DNA of 63,651 nucleotides, counting the filler, from Salisapilia sapeloensis CBS 127946 (taxonomy: Eukaryota; Protista; Oomycota): the NCBI GenBank assembly GCA_023334545.1. It is 9 parts of 9 records of this genome, joined end to end, with 100 filler letters (N's around TTAATTAATTAA, not from the genome) between each part and the next. Parts side by side here need not be neighbours in the genome. Positions count along the whole stretch, not along the records: positions 52,424 to 62,278 come from JAADVB010000454.1; positions 62,379 to 63,651 come from JAADVB010001218.1; 7 more parts are not named here. One strand, 5' to 3'. Below, in pieces: positions 56,652-63,651 of the stretch (positions are counted from its first letter, which is position 1; every line of letters begins with the position of its first letter). Position numbers and translations under genes: made by a program. The notes under the pieces are model-generated. The model was given only the letters and a program-made list of their open reading frames with translations, ran no database searches and had not been told where the DNA came from.

Positions 56652-59600
56652 ATGGCACTTACGGGAGCCGGACCGATGGAGCTTAACGTTCATGACTCCA
56701 GCAGTAGTTCCAGTCCGTCGTCCGAGTCGGAAGACCTCTCCAGTAGCTCCGACTCAGGGGCGTCGTCCGACGCGTCTGAGACGCGCCGGAGCAAACCCAA
56801 CGGTGCCACGAAGAAGCCACGGACGAAGCAGCCGGTGAAAAAAGCCGCTGCCGCCGCTAAAGCAGAGAACCCCCCGCCACCGCCATCGTCGCCTCCACCG
56901 CCGCCACCACCGCCACCACCGATGGACGGATCTTCGAGCCAGTCAATGTCGAGCAGTTCTCTCAGTTCGAGCGATAGCGACAGCTCCGACCTGTCGGACG
57001 AGCAACCTCGCAACACGCTCGCGACGAAGCGGTCGAAGAAACCTACAGCGAACGCCGATTCGCTCAAAGTGAAGCTAAAGCTGCCTCCCGGCTTTCAATC
57101 AACGAACGGTGGGAAACGCTCGAGTAAATCGGCAGCGCCTTCGAAGCGAGAGCGTCCGCCAGCTCCAAAGAAGGCACCAATAAAGCAAGAACCAAGTGCG
57201 TCAGCACCTACGAAGAAGGCGGCGTCTGCAATCCAAGTACCTGTGAACGGAAATGACAGTTCGACGCTGTCGAATCCGATTGCTGTCGGTATACAGGAGA
57301 AACTGATTCCGACAGGTCCGACGGAACCGGAGGGTGAAGTCCGTGGCGCGAGGGAATTGAAACTCCTTGGTTTTGCGGAAATCGCTAAGGAAGTTCCGGA
57401 GGAAATGAAGGAAGAGGATGTACCGACGCATTTCAATGATGCCTTCGCGACGGAATTAGATCCGCTGCGGAATCTCGACCTGTTCTACTTTTGTGATGAG
57501 CGTGGGAATGCCATCAATCTTGAAGTTTTGGATCGTGATCCGGAAGATCGACCACGCATCATGGGCTTTGGAACCTTGGTGAGGCATCTACCGCCAGCCG
57601 ATCGACCTGTACCAGTCAAGTACATCCTTCCGTCGCCAGCATTCCCTTCTCGATCGAAGAAGCGTCGCCGGTCGGACTCGTTGTCGCCGTCTCCATCCGC
57701 GAGCCATTCGTCTGCTAGTAAGAAAAAGAATCGTCCAGTACGCAAGACGAGTCGCGCGAACGGACGGAAGCATGCCATCGATTCCGATTTTGACAGCTCC
57801 GACGGTGGTAGCTTCATGGGTACGCCTTCCAGTGGTGCTTTGCACGGAGACTCGGACAGCGTTTCGGACGTCGAGATGGGACGTGGGGAAGATGGTGCTC
57901 AGAGCGAACGCTCTTCACGCTTCAGTTCCAGTGGGAGTGATAGCAACAGCTCAAGTGGCTCCTCGTCCTCTTCTGAAGATGAGAATAGCAACATGGAGGA
58001 GAAAGCATCTACACCAACACCTTCACTGGATGCAGAAGCGAAGCAAAAGGCTCAATTGCGCAATAAGAACGGTCAATTCGTTCGAGACCCGACGTCCCAG
58101 CGGTCGCAACGATCGAGAAACTCGACATCGCCAGTGCTGATGAATCGATCGAGACAAGTGGATGAGCTGATGAAAGCTGATAGCCGCAAGTATGACGAGG
58201 CGAATGGTACCCGTGATGAATTGAACTTACGCGAATGTGGCTTCCGATACCCTCCAGAGTATGAACGCGTTCGTGTGTGGCTACCGGAGATTACGGACTG
58301 GTGTCTGGACTATGCGGAAGGAGATCCGACGCTATGGGTCATTACGGAGCACGCGTGGTACAAGATCGCCGGTCCTCTCTCCGGTCTACTTCCGCATGGC
58401 TCCTACCGTCCAAAGTTCCGTCACGTCCGCATGCTCTTTGAAGCGAGTTACCTTGTCGCATACGTCCTGAAGGAGTGGGTACCACAGAATAAAAAGGTAT
58501 CATACCGCGCGACATTGCAACAGATCGTCGAGCTGTCACTAAAAGGTCGATACCACGTTTCTGCGTCCTTCTTGATCGAGCACTATCCGTTCATTCAGAA
58601 CCAGATTGCTGACTTGTTCCCGGATCGTCAGACGTTGCTCGATTCCATGTTCTTCCGTCAACTCCATCGTCTTCACGAAAACTTCCGTGCGAGAGAAGCG
58701 AAGAAGAGGCATCGACGTGAGCAGCTTGAGCAGAAGGAAGCCGAGAGGAAGCTCCAGAAGAATCGTCGTCTGCAGCAACTCGAAGATGAAAAGCAAAAGT
58801 GGCGAGAGCTTAAGGAAGAGGAACGGAAACAGAAGGAAGAGGAGAAAAAGTATCCAATTGACGACCTCGAGTTGCTGCAAGAGACTGGAGACGACCCGAA
58901 CTACTTCCCGATTACGATGGAGGACTGCTTGGGTGTCGACAAGAGACTACTGGGCGACCTGGTAATGCTCTGGCAGACTATTACGACCTTCAAGGACTTT
59001 GTCGCGCTCCCGGAGATCTCGCTCGAAGAGCTCGCGAGCTACTTGACGTCGAAACGTGAACGAGGCACGAGTCTCGGTATCTCTCAGATCTTTGTCGCCT
59101 TCCTGCGTGCGATTTTAGCTGAAAAGAGCTTCACTTCGGTACTAGATGATCTGGTCGTCGAGGGAAACATGAAAGTGTCTGACCTCTTTGGTAACGCTGA
59201 ACGCAGCTATGGAATGTGTGAACGTCCGTTGTCGGATGTCCTGAACGCCGTGACGTGGCCTGATATCCTGCGTCAGCTCATGTCGAAAGACTTGGGTCTA
59301 GACGCGTCGATTGGACACACAGAGCCTCTGGTTGGATGTGAAATCGTCCGACAGACATTGTACATGCAGAACAACTCGGTGCCGTTCAATGATCCTGTAG
59401 ATGTGTCGCTACCAGGTCTTGTGGATTACGCGCAAGTGGTGAAGAAACCCATGGATCTAGGTACGATTAAGAAGAAGTTAGATGCAGGCGAGTACGAACG
59501 TGATGGTGGAGCGGAGGTATTTGCAAAGCACATGCGACTTGTGTGGGATAATGCGGTCTTGTACAATGGTGAAGAGTCGGACGTTGGACGTGCAGCACTT

Positions 59601-61997
59601 GCTCTTTCAGACGTGTTTGAACAAAGCTACGAACGCTTCGTGTCAGGTCGTGTGCGTGCGAATAAACAACGTATTGAAGGCTGTCAACGTGTCGAGAAAG
59701 AGTTGGCACTAGACAAGGAGAAGGACTTTGTCGGGATCGAGTATGCTGACGTTGTCTTTGCATTGTACTCTTTTGAATTCCAGGAACTCCCGGTTGCACA
59801 TAAGACGTATGCCTTGTCATGGCTCTGCTCTGAATTCCTGAAACTCTCGAGCGTACGTGCGTTTTTAGAAGAGCAGTTAAAGAAGGAAGAGACGTTGTAC
59901 AAGGACTATCGAAAGACTTGGAACGAGTACGATCGACGGCGTAAGAATCTAGAAAAGGATCGGCGTGACAAGGAGCTCAAGTTCCGAGCGGACTGTCAAC
60001 GACAAGGCATCCCGTTGACATCTCACAACGTCTTTTCAGATGCTACGAAGCGTAAGCATGCCTTCATCCAAGAGTTCTACGATCAACAGGCAGCACAGAA
60101 AGCCACGGAAGATCAATCTCTCGAGGAAGAGAAGAGTAGTATTCTCACGAAGCTCGAGTCCGGACTGGAAGATGTGACGATTCGAGAGTCGCCAGTCGGG
60201 AAAGACCGGCATTATAACTGCTACTGGGTCTTCCGGAAGGATGACAAGCAGCGGTTGTTTGTCGAAAGGAGTGATACGGGGGAGTTTGCTGCTTGTCAAA
60301 AGGCAGATGAACTGGAGAAACTCTTGGAGTGGCTAAACCCGAAAGGTGTGCGTGAACTCGACTTGCTCACGAATCTCAAGAAGGTCAAGGACCGTATCCA
60401 GGTCGAAACGTTGACATCTTCAGATGAAACGGGACCGTTGGATGCACAGCAAGTGGAGCTGAATTTGTTCCCGCTACCTGGAGCTCCGCTCAACCCAGAT
60501 ACGTATACGGTGGATGGAGGGGAGAAGGGAGTAGATAGCCATGGCGTAGCGATTCAAATGCTGCGTACATTGCAGAATAAACTAGTAGATGCACATGTGA
60601 TCTCGTCCGATTGGGACACGTCCGCAAAGTGGACGAGCAGGGTGTCAAGCGCAGCGTCTTGTGCTGACCTCCGCGTCTTGTTTGGAGAATTGGAGGAAGC
60701 AGTCATGACTTCTCGTAGCGGTGGAGAAGCAGTCCGAAAGACGTGGAAACGCAAGCGACGTGAGTGGCGTCTTGCGTTGGAAGGATCCAAGACGTATGCG
60801 CAGCTTGTATTCCTCTTGCATCTGCTCCTGGACGAGTGTGTTAATGTCGAAGGGTTCATGGACCTCTTCGTACGTCTCAGTCGAGAGGACTGGCTTAAGC
60901 TTCGACCTGTCAAGTGCCATAGCCATGTACCGGACGCTGGTGACACCATCGTCTACTTTGGCGATGGTCACAAGATGGCTCTCAAGGAAGATGGCAAAGT
61001 GCGTAAGAAGAGGTTCACGCAGGAAAGTGACGGACCTGTGACTGGCATCACGCTCGTATGCAACGTGAACCGCGTGTCTTACCATCACGGCGGTGGCGAC
61101 CCGTATGCGTTAGTCATGCTGCATCCATTGGACGCGACGAACGCCAATTCGATGCGAAAGTCGCCTGGTAGCATGCTCTGCTCGCCGCCGTCACCTCTTC
61201 AGACGCTGTCGAGGATCCTCTTGCGCATCGTGAACAAGGTCAAGTTGCATGAAGACGCTGGTCCGTTCCTCGAACCCGTGTCGTTGACCGAGTTCCCCGA
61301 GTATCGTGAGATCGTGATACATCCGATGGACTTAGGTAAAATTACTCGAAAGGCACAACGATGTGAGTACTCGAGTGGCAAGCAGTTGCTAAAGGACGTG
61401 AAACTCGTCTGTAGTAACTGCGAACTCTTTTGTGAAGGAAGGTTCCCGGCCTTACCGCCACTTGCTAGGAGTGTCATGTTGATGATGGATGCACAATTGA
61501 AACGTGCAGCGAAAGACATTAAGGCTTGTGAAGAAGCAATCCAATCGGCCGCACAGGAAGCGCATGTGACGGAGGATGTGTTGGAGGTGAATGAAAATAT
61601 GGACAAGGGAAACGTACCAGAGGAAATCGTTGCTATCCTACGACTTGAGAATCGACTACCGGAGTACATTGTCGACGTGAACAAGTATGAGAACGCGATT
61701 CAACGGTCATGGCAACCTGGAGATCACTTCCGACTGCTTTATCGTGACCCGAAAGGATTCCCGACAGAGTACTATGGAGGCAAAGCGGCTGGGTCCTTGC
61801 CGTATGATAAAGACGGGCTGTTGCCTTGGGAAGCGCTGCGGGTCATCTGGGATGAAGATGACGGTTCGGACGACAACAGGATAAATCCATGGTATGCTAT
61901 AGTTGTGATGTACAGTGGGAGGGTATTTGTACTGATATGGTTTTGTTGTTGTGATCTAGGGAAGCGGAACGGGATGTGCCGAGCAAGAAGCAGTGAT
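56652..61997 (+). CDS. BAZ/WSTF-like chromatin protein: RFTS-like, DDT, two bromodomains, WHIM/WSD and BRWD-type C-terminal domains
   Basis: KYPIDDLELL plus DDT (GDLVMLWQTITTFKDFVAL); bromodomain 1 (PFNDPVD..KPMDLGTI..DNAVLYN); WSD (PVGKDRHYNCYW..LNPKGVRE); bromodomain 2 (PFLEPV..PMDLGKI..NCELF). Final intron about 61893-61959 gives PW|EAERDVPSKKQ*. Confidence 0.88.
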
Positions 61998-62137
61998 AGA
62001 GAACAGTCGAAATTTATTTCTGTTTCTAATACATTCACATCTTGATGATGAGACCAGTACTGCGTATGTTGAGGTCGGTGTAGATGACTCGGTAGAACTG
62101 ATTACTGTAGAGCAGAGAGATAGGAGGCTTGGTGTGC

Positions 62138-62278
62138 AAACTTGCTGATAAGGATGAGCTGAAGGAAGAGATGGAGAAAAAAGAGATGGAGAAAAAGAAG
62201 AAGGAGGAGGCCAAGCGACTGAGGCTAGAGGAAGAGGCGAGGAAGAAGGCGGAGCTCGAGGCCAAGGCGCAGATCCAC
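62138..62278. repeat. C8 right terminal inverted repeat arm (141 bp; copy of CysRS sequence)
   Basis: Exact reverse complement of 52424-52564. Confidence 0.97.
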
Positions 62279-62378
62279 NNNNNNNNNNNNNNNNNNNNNN
62301 NNNNNNNNNNNNNNNNNNNNNNTTAATTAATTAANNNNNNNNNNNNNNNNNNNNNNNNNNNNNNNNNNNNNNNNNNNN

Positions 62379-63651
62379 CTCGGTGAGTCCGAGGTATTCG
62401 ACCTCGTGTGTGACTACCTTCGCACTCGGCAGTTCTACAAGGCAGAGGAGACGCTGAGGTCGGAGCGAGAGCATGTGGCCAAGCAGAGCGACTCAGAGAC
62501 GCAGCGGGCGAACCCGCAGCCGAGCGCCGTGGCGGAGGAGAGCACGTCGTTGCTGTCGTCGCGTCTCGAGTCGATGCTGGAGAGAAGCTATGTGACGCAG
62601 TTCATCTCTGGAGACACCGAGGAGCCGGAGAAGGTCTTTGTGCCTCGCCACGAGGTGGAGGAGCTCAAGCAGCCGGCGCGGACGAACCTGGACGGAAACG
62701 AGTCGCTGCAGACGACGGAGGCGAACGTGAACGAGGCGGAGGACGAGAAGGAGCTGAGCGTGAGCACGCGGCTGGTGTCGTTCGAGGCGTGCAAAGACGA
62801 CCCGCACGGCTCGTCGAGCATGCCGATCTACCAGACGTCGACGTTCGCGCAGCCTTCGGCGACGAACTTTGGCGAGTACGACTACAGTCGGTCGGGGAAC
62901 CCGACGCGCGCTGCGTTAGAGCGTCAGATGGCGGAGCTCGAGTTCGGGCACCGGTCGTTCGCGTTCTCGAGCGGCATGAGCGCCTTGTCCGCCGTGTCGC
63001 GTCTGGCCAAGAGCGGCGAGGAGATCATCCTGTCGGACGACTCGTACGGCGGGACGTACCGGCTGCTGTCCAAGGTAGTGCAGAACCAGGGAGTGAGCAT
63101 CAAGTACGTGGACCTGAGCGGCACGCAGGGCCCGAAGAACCTGAGTCAGGCGCTGTCTCCCAAGACCAAGCTGGTGATGATGGAGAGTCCGACGAACCCG
63201 CTGCAGCGCGTGTGCGACATTGCGGGTCTGGCGGCGGCTGCCCACGCGAACGGGACGCTCCTGAGCATCGACAACACCATGATGAGTCCGATCAACCAGA
63301 ACCCTCTGCCGCTCGGCGCCGACATTGTGGTGCACAGCGCGACCAAGTTCGTGGGCGGGCACAGCGACACGATGTCGGGCATCGTGATCGCCAAGGACGT
63401 GGAGCTGTGCAAGGAGCTCTACTTTTTCCAGAACGCGGAGGGCACGGGGCTGGCTCCGTTCGACTGCTGGCTGCTGCTGCGCGGCGTCAAGACGATGGGT
63501 CTGCGCGTGAACCAGGCGCAGCAGAACTGCATGCAGGTGGCCGAGTTCCTTCGGGACCACCCTGCGATCCAGCAGGTCATGTACACCGGTCTGCTGTCCG
63601 AGACGGACGAGAACCGTCAGATCCACGACCGTCAGTCTCGTGGCTTTGGCA
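62379..63651 (+). CDS. metC: Cystathionine beta-lyase-like PLP enzyme with an upstream LisH-like motif; partial at both ends (absent from the ORF track)
   Basis: The frame from 62379 is open to the window end: LGESEVFDLVCDYLRTRQFYKAEETLRSE (LisH-like), an acidic linker, then PIYQTSTF, YDYSRSGNPTR, FSSGMSA, MESPTNP, IDNT and PLP-lysine HSATKFVGGHSD (Lys at 63345). Confidence 0.9.

Noticed and set aside
56870-56920. CCG/CCA repeat tract
   Set aside because: Encodes an ordinary poly-proline stretch in the bromodomain protein.
30563-63651. Apparent sulfur/amino-acid cluster (CGS, CysRS, CBL; also LEU2 at 16572-17812)
   Set aside because: The sulfur genes lie on different, arbitrarily concatenated contigs, so no linkage can be inferred.

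Overview
This window is not one locus. It is nine eukaryotic contigs joined by identical 100-nt spacers (N44-TTAATTAATTAA-N44), so adjacency across spacers carries no meaning. Contigs: C1 1-5042, C2 5143-10530, C3 10631-12891, C4 12992-15413, C5 15514-38556, C6 38657-39729, C7 39830-52323, C8 52424-62278, C9 62379-63651. Gene content, short GT-AG introns (about 33-73 nt where measured) and very tight intergenic spacing fit a compact oomycete-like stramenopile nuclear genome (inference). Recognisable genes: AMBRA1-like WD40, UBE3C-like HECT ligase, LEU2, a divergent F1-ATPase alpha paralog, PRMT7, NRAMP, CTDSPL2, a mitochondrial carrier, FAM161-like, cystathionine gamma-synthase, a large ARM protein, a giant ankyrin/TRAF-zinc-finger protein, thymidylate kinase, a Kex1-like carboxypeptidase, CysRS, a MULE-derived protein, a DDT/bromodomain protein and a LisH-cystathionine beta-lyase fusion, plus a decayed DUF3638-family pseudogene. 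Most notable: (1) a dynein-type coiled-coil stalk plus microtubule-binding domain with no AAA motor, inserted among the ankyrin repeats of the TRAF-finger giant; (2) a nuclear, apparently mitochondrion-targeted, degenerate ATP synthase alpha paralog sharing a promoter with LEU2 that carries twin ATTGCGCAAT palindromes; (3) four contigs bounded by exactly 141-bp perfect inverted repeats. The repeat length is most likely a k=141 assembly signature; the underlying cause is either fold-back (MDA-type) chimeras or real palindromes with 5-12 kb gene-bearing spacers. All family assignments are from motif recognition by eye; no searches were run.
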